Source: Anaerolineae bacterium (GTDB lineage: Bacteria; Chloroflexota; Anaerolineae; Aggregatilineales; UBA3940). From it: a stretch of DNA of 64,000 nt. Of the stretch, positions 43,551-52,978 are shown one piece after another (the first letter of the stretch is position 1; each line of letters begins with the position of its first letter). A program made the translations under genes and the position numbers. The notes beneath the pieces are model-generated. The model had not been told where the DNA came from. It saw nothing but the letters and a program-made list of their open reading frames with translations, and searched no databases. The stretch covers positions 68,919-132,918 of the forward strand of contig JAFGOY010000053.1 of the NCBI GenBank assembly GCA_016926255.1, given 5' to 3'.

Positions 43551-44312
43551 GTGCTTCAATTTGACATTTATACCCTGTTCCCGGAGATGTTCGCCGGGCC
43601 GCTGACCGAGTCGATGCTCAAGCGCGCCCAGGAAAATCAGATCGTATCGATCAATCTGATCGATATCCGGGACTATGCAACCGACAAACACCATACCGCC
43701 GATGGCACCCCTTATGGCGGTGGCGGTGGGATGATCCTCAAACCAGACCCGGTCGCCACTGCGATTGAAGCGACACTCCCGACAAGCGAAGCCATTCCCG
43801 TGATCCTGCTCAGCCCTCAGGGGCGGGTCTTCGACCAGAAGATCGCCCAGGAGTTGAGTCAATATCCACGTCTCGCGCTGATCTGCGGGCATTATGAAGG
43901 AATCGACGAGCGGGTCAGAGAATTAGTGATCACCGACGAATTGTCCATCGGCGATTACGTATTGACCGGCGGCGAACTGGCCGCGATGGTCGTCGTCGAC
44001 GCGGTCACCCGGCTGCTGCCCGGTGCGCTCGGCGACCCCACCGGCCCGGTCGATGACAGCCACGCGACTGGCCTGCTGGAATACCCGCATTACACACGCC
44101 CCCCCGAATTCAGAGGGCTGGAAGTTCCGGAGATACTTTTATCAGGCCACGAGGCAAAGGTCAAAGCGTGGCGGCGGGAACAATCGCTGCGCCGAACCTG
44201 GGATCGCCGCCCTGACCTGCTGCTGACCGCAGACCTGACCGACGCCGACCGGGAAATTCTGCTCATGCTGGCAAAAGAGGAGATCGAAAAGCGCAGTGGG
44301 GACAGCCTGTAG
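43551..44312 (+). CDS. trmD: tRNA (guanine37-N1)-methyltransferase
   Basis: [21 protein letters not shown] and [11 protein letters not shown]. Start placed at GTG 43551 (VLQFD...). GTG 43518 is also in frame. Confidence 0.9.
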   Translation: MLQFDIYTLFPEMFAGPLTESMLKRAQENQIVSINLIDIRDYATDKHHTADGTPYGGGGGMILKPDPVATAIEATLPTSEAIPVILLSPQGRVFDQKIAQELSQYPRLALICGHYEGIDERVRELVITDELSIGDYVLTGGELAAMVVVDAVTRLLPGALGDPTGPVDDSHATGLLEYPHYTRPPEFRGLEVPEILLSGHEAKVKAWRREQSLRRTWDRRPDLLLTADLTDADREILLMLAKEEIEKRSGDSL

Positions 44313-44343
44313 GAATTTTTTACGTAACGATTGCGTAACTTCC

Positions 44344-44373
44344 TTCAAATAATGCCCCCCGGTCGGGTATAAT
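44344..44373 (+). promoter_or_regulatory. candidate promoter TTCAAA-18-TATAAT upstream of the SLT gene
   Basis: Sequence match only. TATAAT is at 44368-44373. Confidence 0.35.
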
Positions 44374-44427
44374 CCCGGAGACGGTCAATACGAGAACAGG
44401 TGGACATCTTCCACCGAGAGACAATCA

Positions 44428-45312
44428 ATGAGCAGCAGCGACCCCCACAGCGAAATAGTCTACGAGCCGGAACCCGACGATCCTACCCCGGTAACCGGCT
44501 GGCGGGTGATCAAACCGACGGTTGTACTGAATCGGGGCGAAGCCGCGCGCCAGGCCGAGGAAGAGGAAGCAAAGCGCCCGGTCACGTTCCTGACCCTGGC
44601 TATCCGCTTCCTGCCGGTGTGGGCTTTGCTGATCATGATCCTGATCGTCGAACCCTCGCTGCCCGTCAAGGCAATTGGAGCAGTTGCAGGCTGGTTCAGA
44701 GGCCCGGAAGCGACCGCCGCTGCCACCCTGCCCCCCGCCGAGCCGGTGTTCATCGTTGAGGGGATGGAGATACCACCCGATTCGGAACTACCTACCCCCA
44801 ACTGGGACTTATCGATCTCGCCAATCTTCACCAAAGAAGTCCAGCACTGGGCCGGTTCGATTGCTCAATGGTCGATCACTTACCGGGTAAAGCCCAACCT
44901 GATCGCCACGTTGATGCAGATCGAATCATGCGGGAACCCGGCAGCAGTCTCGTCGGCAGGGGCGTCCGGGCTGTTTCAACTGATGCCGCTGCACTTCGAA
45001 GAAGGTGAAGACCCCTACGACCCAGATACCAACGCCCTCCGAGGATTGACCTACTTCACCGAGATGTCTGCCCTGGCAAACGGCGATCTGGGCCTGACCT
45101 TCGCCGCCTACAACGGCGGCCCCGGTACGATCTACCTCTCCCCCGCCGAATGGGCCTCCGAAACGCAGTATTATCAATACTGGGGAAGCGGCATCTACGA
45201 AGAAGCCGAAGGTCAGCTTCAGCAAAGCCCAACGCTGATCGAGTGGTTGGAGTCGGGCGGCAGCGATCTTTGCACCGTCGCCGCCGGGGCGCTTGGACTA
45301 CCACCGGAATAA
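44428..45312 (+). CDS. membrane-anchored lytic transglycosylase (SLT domain)
   Basis: SLT motifs MQIESCGNP (catalytic Glu), GLFQLMP and AYNGGPG. N-terminal TM helix. Confidence 0.8.
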   Translation: MSSSDPHSEIVYEPEPDDPTPVTGWRVIKPTVVLNRGEAARQAEEEEAKRPVTFLTLAIRFLPVWALLIMILIVEPSLPVKAIGAVAGWFRGPEATAAATLPPAEPVFIVEGMEIPPDSELPTPNWDLSISPIFTKEVQHWAGSIAQWSITYRVKPNLIATLMQIESCGNPAAVSSAGASGLFQLMPLHFEEGEDPYDPDTNALRGLTYFTEMSALANGDLGLTFAAYNGGPGTIYLSPAEWASETQYYQYWGSGIYEEAEGQLQQSPTLIEWLESGGSDLCTVAAGALGLPPE

Positions 45313-45364
45313 TCAATTGGCCGGTGAGCACCAGCCGGTGACGTTCCCCGAAAACCCTCTCCGG

Positions 45365-45373
45365 TGTTATAAT
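45365..45373 (+). promoter_or_regulatory. candidate extended -10 (TGtTATAAT) upstream of ychF
   Basis: TGTTATAAT lies 36 nt upstream of ATG 45409. It is flanked by GCCGGTGA repeats at 45320-45327 and 45334-45341. Confidence 0.35.
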
Positions 45374-45408
45374 CGCCCGCGCTTGACATCACAGGATAAG
45401 GATATCAA

Positions 45409-46482
45409 ATGAAACTAGGATTAGTTGGCTTGCCGATGTGCGGCAAAACAACCATCTTCAATGCCTTGACCGGGGCAAACCGTCCGACCAGCATCGCCGC
45501 GCCGGGCAAATTGGACGTACAGATGGCGGTCGTCGACGTACCAGATCAACGACTCGATGCCCTGTACGACATCTACCTGCCGGAGCGCAAGGTCAACGCG
45601 AAGATCACCTACGCGGATATCGGCGGGCTGGCGAAGGGGATCAGCGAGGGCGGGTTGAGCGGGTCGTTCCGCAATCAACTCAGCCAGTTGGACGGATACC
45701 TGCACGTGGTGCGCGTTTTCGACGATCCAAACGTCCCCCACCCGGAAGAAACCATCGACCCGCAGCGCGACCTGGATATCCTCGACGACGAGTTCCTGCT
45801 GACCGACCTGATCACGGTCGAGAACCGGATCGGGCGGCTGAAGGACGAACTCTCGAAAGGGAAAGACAAAGCCGCCAACCAGAAAGAACTCGATCTGTTC
45901 GAACGGCTGCTCGGAACCCTCGAATCGGAACAGCCCCTCCGCGAACTGGAATTATCGGAAAGCGAACTTCAACAGGTGAGCGGCTACGGGTTCCTGACGC
46001 TGAAACCCAAGCTGGTTCTCTTGAACCTGGGAGAGGAGCGGATCGACCCCGCCAAGCTGGTCAGTGTGACGGGCAAGAAAACGGGCGTCCTCGCCCTACA
46101 AGGACAGATCGAGGCGGAGATCGGCCAGTTAGACCCGGAGGAAGCCGCCGTGTTCCTGGCCGAATACGGCATTGAAGAACCCATGCGCGACCGTGTGATC
46201 CACGAATCGTATGAACTGATGACCATCCAGACCTTCTTCACGGTCGGGGATGACGAGGTGCGGGCGTGGCCGGTCAAAATCGGGGCGACGGCGCAGGAGG
46301 GCGCGGGTGTGATCCACAGCGACCTTGAGCGCGGGTTCATCCGGGCCGAGATCACCCCCTGGGACGTGCTGGTCGAACTGGGCGGCGAGGCCGGGGCACG
46401 GCAGGCCGGGAAACTCAGGCTTGAGGGGAAAACCTACATCCTGCAAGATGGGGACGTGATGACGGTGCGCTTCAACGTATAA
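45409..46482 (+). CDS. ychF: redox-regulated ATPase YchF (Obg-like GTPase family)
   Basis: G1 motif GLPMCGKTT, YchF coiled-coil insert and C-terminal TGS-like domain (LRLEGKTYILQDGDVM). Confidence 0.95.
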   Translation: MKLGLVGLPMCGKTTIFNALTGANRPTSIAAPGKLDVQMAVVDVPDQRLDALYDIYLPERKVNAKITYADIGGLAKGISEGGLSGSFRNQLSQLDGYLHVVRVFDDPNVPHPEETIDPQRDLDILDDEFLLTDLITVENRIGRLKDELSKGKDKAANQKELDLFERLLGTLESEQPLRELELSESELQQVSGYGFLTLKPKLVLLNLGEERIDPAKLVSVTGKKTGVLALQGQIEAEIGQLDPEEAAVFLAEYGIEEPMRDRVIHESYELMTIQTFFTVGDDEVRAWPVKIGATAQEGAGVIHSDLERGFIRAEITPWDVLVELGGEAGARQAGKLRLEGKTYILQDGDVMTVRFNV

Positions 46483-46491
46483 CAGGCGTCT

Positions 46492-47199
46492 TCAATAGGC
46501 ATCATTTGAAAACCCGTGCTCGCCGATCAGCGGCACGAAACGAACAGGGATCAGTTTCTCGACGTGAATCTGATCCTCTTTGCGTCTTACGCGCTGGATC
46601 ACCTGGTTGACGCTGGTGCCGACCGGGATCACCAGGCGTCCACCTTCGGCCAACTGGTCGACAAGCGGCTGCGGAACGGAAGGCGCTGCCGCCGCCACCA
46701 GGATGCCATCATAGGGCGCTGCGGATGGATACCCCAGCGTGCCGTCGGCCTTAATGACGGTGATGTTCTCGTATCCCAGCGACGACAACCGTTCGCGGGC
46801 CTGGTTCGCCAGCACGTTGATCCGCTCGATACCAACCACCTCCTGAACCAATTCAGCCAGGACAGCCGTCTGGTAGCCGGAGCCGACGCCGATCTCCAGC
46901 ACGCGGTCGGTGGGATTGAGGGCCAGCAGCTCGGTCATCAGAGCAACTACGTACGGCTGGGAGATAGTCTGTCGGGAGCCGATTGACAGCGGGCCATCTT
47001 CGTAAGCCATATGGCGATATTCGGATGGAACGAACAGGTGACGCGGCACCGTCCGCATTGCCTCGAGCACATAGGGATTGACGATCTTGCGGCGGGCAAG
47101 CTGCTTTTTCACCATTCGCTCGCGCGCGGCGGCATATCGATCTGTTTCACGATCCGTTCCTGGGGAATCATCCACTGGTCGACTGCTCCCTTGTATCAC
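46492..47199 (-). CDS. pcm: protein-L-isoaspartate O-methyltransferase
   Basis: TISQPYVVALM and the SAM motif VLEIGVGSGYQTAVLA. GTG start at 47199 is uncertain. Confidence 0.9.
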   Translation of the reverse strand: MIQGSSRPVDDSPGTDRETDRYAAARERMVKKQLARRKIVNPYVLEAMRTVPRHLFVPSEYRHMAYEDGPLSIGSRQTISQPYVVALMTELLALNPTDRVLEIGVGSGYQTAVLAELVQEVVGIERINVLANQARERLSSLGYENITVIKADGTLGYPSAAPYDGILVAAAAPSVPQPLVDQLAEGGRLVIPVGTSVNQVIQRVRRKEDQIHVEKLIPVRFVPLIGEHGFSNDAY

Positions 47200-47220
47200 A
47201 ACGATCTACCTGTCCTAACT

Positions 47221-47253
47221 ATAAATCAAAAGAGACCTTTGGAAAAAGGTCTC
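47221..47253 (-). terminator. intrinsic terminator after add
   Basis: Minus strand perfect 9-bp stem GAGACCUUU-UUCC-AAAGGUCUC followed by UUUUGAUUUAU. Confidence 0.75.
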
Positions 47254-47288
47254 CCTGGGCAGGCTCAATTTGTATACCCGGATCGCTG

Positions 47289-48389
47289 TTACGATCCAGA
47301 CTCGGCGGGAGCCTCGGCACTTTCCGGGTAGAATTCTGCCTGTAAGCGTGTCAGCAGAGCCTGACGTTCATCATCGGGAAGGAATGCAGCTTCAGCCGCG
47401 TTGATAACCTGCTCTTTGAGAATGTCAAGGCTGTAGCCCATCTCCACCGAAGCAGCGACAAACTCGTCGGTCAGATTCACCCCCTGCACGCTCGGATCAT
47501 CGGTATTGAGGGTGGTTCGCAGGCCCATTGCATACAAGTCGCGGAAGGGATGGTTGTCCAGCGAATCAACGACGCCTGACAGGATATTGCTTGAGAGGCA
47601 TACCTCGAAGGTAATATCGCGATCCTGGGCCAGCCTGACCACGTCGAGATCTTCGACAATCCGGACGCCGTGTCCCAACCGTGTCGCGCCCAGCACGTTG
47701 ATCGCTTCGAGGACGCTTTCCGGCCCGGCCCATTCACCGGCATGGCTGGTGATCGACAGCCCGGCTGCACGCGCTTTGGCGAAAACATGCTCGAACGGCT
47801 TGCCGGGGAACTTGTTCTCCGAACCGGCGAGGTCAATCGCCACAATGCCGCGATCCATGTTCTTGATGGCAATGTCGACCATCTCGTCGCCCAGTTCGAC
47901 ACTCTCGTGGCGGTTCATGCTTACGATCAACCGCACGTCGATGCCAAAATCCGCCTCGGCGCGGTCAACGGCCTTGATCACCCAATCGGCGGCATCGCTC
48001 ATCGCGTATTCTTTCTCCCTGGCAAGCGCGATGGGGGTGAAACGCAGTTCCATGTAGACAATATTTTCAGCAGCGGCATCGGCGACCGTTTCATAGGCGA
48101 TCCGGTCGATGATCTCCGGCGACTGGTAAAAATTTCGCAGGGTGAAGAACTTGGAGATAAAAACATTCGCGTCTGGCTCGTCTTCCGGAACCATCTGAAC
48201 CAAATGGCGGAAGTCTTCAACTGCATACCCCGGCAAATCAAGCTGATGTTCACGCGCAATATCAGCAAGCGTACTCAACCGCAAGGAACCTTCAAGATGA
48301 CGGTGCAGCTCGATCTTGGGCAGCGCCTTCAGCGATTCGTAGAGCTGGGGATTATCGTTTTTTCTGTGATTGACCTCGCGATAATCCAT
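47289..48389 (-). CDS. add: adenosine deaminase
   Basis: Metal-binding HRHLEGS, TSHAGE and LNTDDP motifs. Confidence 0.9.
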   Translation of the reverse strand: MDYREVNHRKNDNPQLYESLKALPKIELHRHLEGSLRLSTLADIAREHQLDLPGYAVEDFRHLVQMVPEDEPDANVFISKFFTLRNFYQSPEIIDRIAYETVADAAAENIVYMELRFTPIALAREKEYAMSDAADWVIKAVDRAEADFGIDVRLIVSMNRHESVELGDEMVDIAIKNMDRGIVAIDLAGSENKFPGKPFEHVFAKARAAGLSITSHAGEWAGPESVLEAINVLGATRLGHGVRIVEDLDVVRLAQDRDITFEVCLSSNILSGVVDSLDNHPFRDLYAMGLRTTLNTDDPSVQGVNLTDEFVAASVEMGYSLDILKEQVINAAEAAFLPDDERQALLTRLQAEFYPESAEAPAESGS

Positions 48390-48556
48390 CGTGGTTATCC
48401 TCGGTGTGGTGTATTCTGGTAAGCCGGAGGTCAGGCCGGTATACCCGTCAAGGTCGTTATATACCCTTACTATAACAAAACCGGTTCAATATGCTATCAA
48501 ATGTTGGCAGAAAATGGTTACAAAATCCATACGCTCCTTTCCCTAGTTTATGGTTA

Positions 48557-48593
48557 ACCAGAGAAGCGTGCAACTGCGGCACGCTTCTCTGGT
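48557..48593 (-). terminator. perfect 15-bp hairpin 5 nt after the secA stop (no U-tract)
   Basis: ACCAGAGAAGCGTGC / GCACGCTTCTCTGGT with a 7-nt loop. The downstream sequence on the minus strand is UAACCAUAAAC. Confidence 0.55.
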
Positions 48594-48598
48594 AGGCG

Positions 48599-51500
48599 TC
48601 AACGTCGGCGGCGCCCCTGTTTACGACCCGCGCTGCTGCGCATAACCGAATCCTGCCCGATGGTTTGCTGCTGCTTTTGGATTTCGCGGTAGTGGCAATC
48701 TTTGAACTTCTTGCCGCTCCCGCAGGGGCAGGGATCGTTGCGCCCAATATTGCTCCACAGGTCTTTGTGAACGGTCTGGCTGACTTTCTGCCTGCCGGTT
48801 GTCTTGCTGCGCGTTGCCTTGCGTTCGACGCGGTAACCGGCCTGGCTCAAATTATCGAGAAGCTGCTCCTGGCGCTTCTGGGCTTCAACGATCTGGCGGT
48901 GGCGCGAGAGATCACTGAAAAAGCGGCGGGAGATCTCCTCCTCGACATCTTCGCGGAGCTTGTCGAACATCTCGAACGCGCGGCGCTTGAATTGGACTTT
49001 CGGGTCGCGCTGGCCGAAGGCTTCCAACCCGACTCCCTGGCGCAGGTCGTCGATAGCGTTGAGATACTGCCGCCACTCGCCGTCGATCACCGAGAGCATC
49101 AGTGCCCGTTCGTAGCGGATCAGTTCCTCTTCGCCAATGGCAAAGAGCCGCCGTTCGACTTCGCGGATCGCGCCGCCATCTTCTGACGTTTCGACAGCGT
49201 CGGCGCTGCCAGGGGGCGACTGGCGGGCGACCACCAGCAGTTCGTCGGCTCGGCCCATGATCGCGGTGACAAGATCGTCTGTCTCCAGGTCACCCAGCAG
49301 CACTGCGTAGGTTTCTGCCAGCGCCACACCAACAGTGGTGTGCAGCATATTCTGGGCTTCGGGCACCTTTGTCCCGCGCCCCAGCGCCGCAACGATATCG
49401 CGCTGAGTCTCCTTGAGCACCGAAGACAGATTCTCCCATAACCCGGCGGATTGGTCGGCGGGCAGGTATTCGGCATATCGCTGGAAAGTCATTTGAGTCT
49501 GATCGACAAAGGCTGACCAGCCCTCGAGCCCGTGCGGGTGAACGACCGGCGGTACCGGCCAGAGCGGAACCACGCGGCTGATCTCGGCCAGCATCATGCG
49601 GATATTGTGCCCGGCCTCGATGCCATCCAGCACCATCTCGTAGAGTTCTTCGGAAAGCGCCTCGCCATCGGTGATCGACAGCAGCGATTGTATCTGCTCC
49701 CCGGACGGGCGCGGGAAAAGCGGCAGCACCCGCTGAACGATGCCGCGCGTATTGACTTCCCCGGTTTCGATATTAGAGAAATCGCCGATCACCGTCTCGA
49801 TCTCGCCCATCGCCCAGGCTTCGTAGCCATCGCGGTAGCGTTCGACCAGCCGGGCCAGTGTACTCCTGATGAACCGTGCGACCAGCTCATCAAGTTCGGA
49901 GACATCGCCAGTCAGAATCGCGCTGCGCTCGTCGTAGACGATCTGGCGCTGGCGGTTGACCGCCTCGTCATATTCGACAAGGTTCTTACGGATGTCGAAG
50001 TAGTAGCTTTCGAAACGTGCCTGGGATTGTTCGATCGCATTGCTGAGCAAACTGGCCGAGATCGGTATATCTTCAGGGATATTGAGCCGCTCCATGATCC
50101 GCTTGGTGCGGTCGCCGCCAAAGCGCAGCATTAGCTCGTCTTCGAGCGAGAGGTAAAACCGCGACGAACCAGGGTCGCCCTGGCGGGCGGCGCGCCCGCG
50201 AAGCTGGTCGTCGATGCGGCGGGCTTCGTGGCGTTCGGTGCCGATCACGTGCAGGCCGCCCCGCTCCCAGACTGCCTGACGGTTATTGCGGCAGTCTTCG
50301 CGGATGCGCTGAATATCGTCGATCAGCGATTCGGGCAGCGCCGGGATTTCGGACGTGATGCGCCGGGCCTCGTCCAGGTTGTCGGAGAGGACGGCGCGAA
50401 TCAGGGCAGCGCGGGCGTTATAGTGCTTTTCGAACAGGCGGCGGGCGAGCGTTTCAGCCTGCTCGTTTTCGCCCAGCACGCCGCTCAGGTTGCGGTACTC
50501 CTGAAGCCGGTACTGCAAATCGGGAAGGATCGAGAGCGGGGCGCCACCTTCTTCGGCGAGGTCACGGGCGCGATCCATCCGGCGGGAATCGACGCTGACG
50601 AGATCGAGCTGCTGGATGATCTTTACCAGCAGGTCATACGAAAGATCGCGGTAGGCCGGGTCTTCCCGAATCTCGTCGACAACTGCCCCCAGCACGTCGT
50701 CCACACTGGCTTTACGTACCAGGTCTTCATGCGCCTCGATGACCCAGTCGACAAGCGCCAGGTCCATCGACCTGTTGGCCTGGGCTCGCTTACGGGCGGC
50801 TTCGATATCCCCGCCGATGACTTCGGCGGCCAGATATTTGAAAGCCGCAGCATCGAACAATTCGTCGGCCAGGAACTTGGCGGCCAATCCTTCCGGGTTG
50901 CCGCCGAGGAGAATGTCGGTGCCACGACCGGCCATGCTGGTCGAAATGGTGATCGCGCCGGAGCGCCCCGCCTGGGCGACGATCAGCGCCTCGCGCTGGT
51001 GATTCTTGGCGTTCAGCACCTCGTGATCGAAGCCCAGCTTATCGAGCTTCTGGCTCAGCACTTCGGAGGCTTCGACCGAGCCGGTGCCGACCAGGATCGG
51101 GCGGCCCCCGGAACTGATGTCGGCGATCTCGCGGCTGACCGCCTCGAACTTCCCGTTGATTGACTGGAAAACCTGGTCGGGGAAATCGACCCGCTTGAAA
51201 TAGGCGGGATGATCGGGGTTGTCCGCATCCCAATAGCTGGTCATCGAGACGGCATCGTCAAAATCGAGGCTGCCCAGTGTAGGAAGCACCTCGCCTACTT
51301 TCCCTTTACGAGTCTCGTATTCCTCGTTGTCGGCCATGAACTCGACGTTGGTGGGGATGGGGACGACGTCCAGTGTGTACACCTCGTCGAACTCCTCCGC
51401 CTGGGTGACGGCGGTGCCGGTCATACCGGCCAGTTTGTCGTAGAGGCGGAAGTAGTTCTGAACGGTGATCGTCGCGATGGTCACATCCTCGCGGCGAACC

Positions 51501-52708
51501 TGAACGCCCTCTTTGGCCTCGATTGCCTGGTGCAGCCCTTCGCTGTAGCGGCGGGAAGGCATCGGGCGACCGGTCGTCTGGTCGATCAGGATCACCCGCT
51601 CGCCCTGGACGATATAGTCTTTGTCGCGCTTGAAGGTATATTTCGCCTTGAGTGCGTTTTCCAGGTAGTGAACTAACTCGTAGTACTGCGGATCGTAGAG
51701 ACTTTCGCCGCCCTCTATATCGATTTCGTCAAGCTGGCTTTCGATCTTCTCGATGCCCCGGTCGGTCAGCGAAACGGTCTGGGTGCGGTCGTCGAGCACA
51801 TAGTCGCCGTCGGCCTCTTCAAGCTCAAGATCGCTGGTATTGCGGCGCAGACGGGCACGCTCGACGATTTCAGCGAAACGCTGGTAAGTGCTCGACGCCT
51901 GTCCTGCCGGGCCGGAGATGATCAGCGGTGTACGGGCACCGTCGATCAGCACCGAGTCGACCTCGTCGACGATGGTATAAGCGTGATCACCCTGAACCAG
52001 CCGTGCCGGTTCAATAGTGGTGTGGTCACGGAGATAGTCAAAGCCAAACTCGGAGGCTGTGCCGTAGGTGATATCGGCCTGATAGCATTCCTTGCGGAGC
52101 GTGGGCCGCCAGTGGACGAGACGTTCGTCTTCCAGATCGCCGCCCGGATCGACATAGCCCGGATCGTAGACCGCCGAATACTGCTCCCTGCCGATTACAC
52201 TGGTGCTCATCCCCAGCAGACTGAAGATCGGTCCCATCCAGCCACCGTCACGGCGGGCCAGGTAGTCGTTGACGGTTACCAGGTGTGCCCCTCGGCCCGC
52301 CAGGGCGTTCAGGTAAAGCGGCAGCGAGGCAACAAGGGTCTTACCCTCACCGGTCTTCATCTCGGCGATTTTGCCCTCGTGGAGCACCACACCGCCGATG
52401 ATCTGTACATCGTAGTGACGCAGGCCAATCGTCCGCACCGACGCCTCGCGGACGGCGGCGAATGCGACAGGCAGTATCTCGTCGAGTGCTTCCGCTTCCG
52501 CAGCCAGGAACGCCTCCCGATCCTCGATACCGGCCACCCGATCCTGGATTTGCGCCCGCAGATCGTCGGTCAGGACGCGGAGATCGTCGTCGGAGCGCGC
52601 CTGCATCTCCGGTTCTAACACGTTAACCCGGCTGAGTATCTCTTTGTAGCGCTCTAACTCACGCTCGTAAGGATTGCCCGCCAGGGTTTTCATCAGATTC
52701 TTAAACAT
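48599..52708 (-). CDS. secA: preprotein translocase ATPase SecA, unusually long (1369 aa)
   Basis: Walker A MKTGEGKT, DEVDSVLID, MAGRGTDI, GGLHVIGTERHEARRIDDQLRGRAARQGDPG and the C-terminal zinc motif CPCGSGKKFKDCH. Several long insertions occur between conserved blocks. Confidence 0.95.
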   Translation of the reverse strand: MFKNLMKTLAGNPYERELERYKEILSRVNVLEPEMQARSDDDLRVLTDDLRAQIQDRVAGIEDREAFLAAEAEALDEILPVAFAAVREASVRTIGLRHYDVQIIGGVVLHEGKIAEMKTGEGKTLVASLPLYLNALAGRGAHLVTVNDYLARRDGGWMGPIFSLLGMSTSVIGREQYSAVYDPGYVDPGGDLEDERLVHWRPTLRKECYQADITYGTASEFGFDYLRDHTTIEPARLVQGDHAYTIVDEVDSVLIDGARTPLIISGPAGQASSTYQRFAEIVERARLRRNTSDLELEEADGDYVLDDRTQTVSLTDRGIEKIESQLDEIDIEGGESLYDPQYYELVHYLENALKAKYTFKRDKDYIVQGERVILIDQTTGRPMPSRRYSEGLHQAIEAKEGVQVRREDVTIATITVQNYFRLYDKLAGMTGTAVTQAEEFDEVYTLDVVPIPTNVEFMADNEEYETRKGKVGEVLPTLGSLDFDDAVSMTSYWDADNPDHPAYFKRVDFPDQVFQSINGKFEAVSREIADISSGGRPILVGTGSVEASEVLSQKLDKLGFDHEVLNAKNHQREALIVAQAGRSGAITISTSMAGRGTDILLGGNPEGLAAKFLADELFDAAAFKYLAAEVIGGDIEAARKRAQANRSMDLALVDWVIEAHEDLVRKASVDDVLGAVVDEIREDPAYRDLSYDLLVKIIQQLDLVSVDSRRMDRARDLAEEGGAPLSILPDLQYRLQEYRNLSGVLGENEQAETLARRLFEKHYNARAALIRAVLSDNLDEARRITSEIPALPESLIDDIQRIREDCRNNRQAVWERGGLHVIGTERHEARRIDDQLRGRAARQGDPGSSRFYLSLEDELMLRFGGDRTKRIMERLNIPEDIPISASLLSNAIEQSQARFESYYFDIRKNLVEYDEAVNRQRQIVYDERSAILTGDVSELDELVARFIRSTLARLVERYRDGYEAWAMGEIETVIGDFSNIETGEVNTRGIVQRVLPLFPRPSGEQIQSLLSITDGEALSEELYEMVLDGIEAGHNIRMMLAEISRVVPLWPVPPVVHPHGLEGWSAFVDQTQMTFQRYAEYLPADQSAGLWENLSSVLKETQRDIVAALGRGTKVPEAQNMLHTTVGVALAETYAVLLGDLETDDLVTAIMGRADELLVVARQSPPGSADAVETSEDGGAIREVERRLFAIGEEELIRYERALMLSVIDGEWRQYLNAIDDLRQGVGLEAFGQRDPKVQFKRRAFEMFDKLREDVEEEISRRFFSDLSRHRQIVEAQKRQEQLLDNLSQAGYRVERKATRSKTTGRQKVSQTVHKDLWSNIGRNDPCPCGSGKKFKDCHYREIQKQQQTIGQDSVMRSSAGRKQGRRRR

Positions 52709-52897
52709 CGATCCGTTTCATCCTCGTCAATAGAAAATCAAGCTACCAGGACTGACGCATTTGAACATGGAATAAATGGTTTGGTTTTCTGTCTAGGTAC
52801 AAAATCAACTTAAACTGCGTAAGTCCTGACCATACTAGTGTAGCGCACACATTAACAGGCGACGACCAACAACAACTTGATGGTCATCTACATACGT

Positions 52898-52931
52898 GTA
52901 AAAGCCGGAAACGCCAAACCGGTTCCCGGCT
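52898..52931 (-). terminator. possible intrinsic terminator after kamA
   Basis: 10-bp stem that is complete only on the minus strand (one G-U pair): AGCCGGGAAC...GUUUCCGGCU, followed by UUUACA. The U-tract is short. Confidence 0.45.
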
Positions 52932-52978
52932 TACTCTTGATACCCGTCGCCTACCGGCACATACCGAGATAGCATCCC

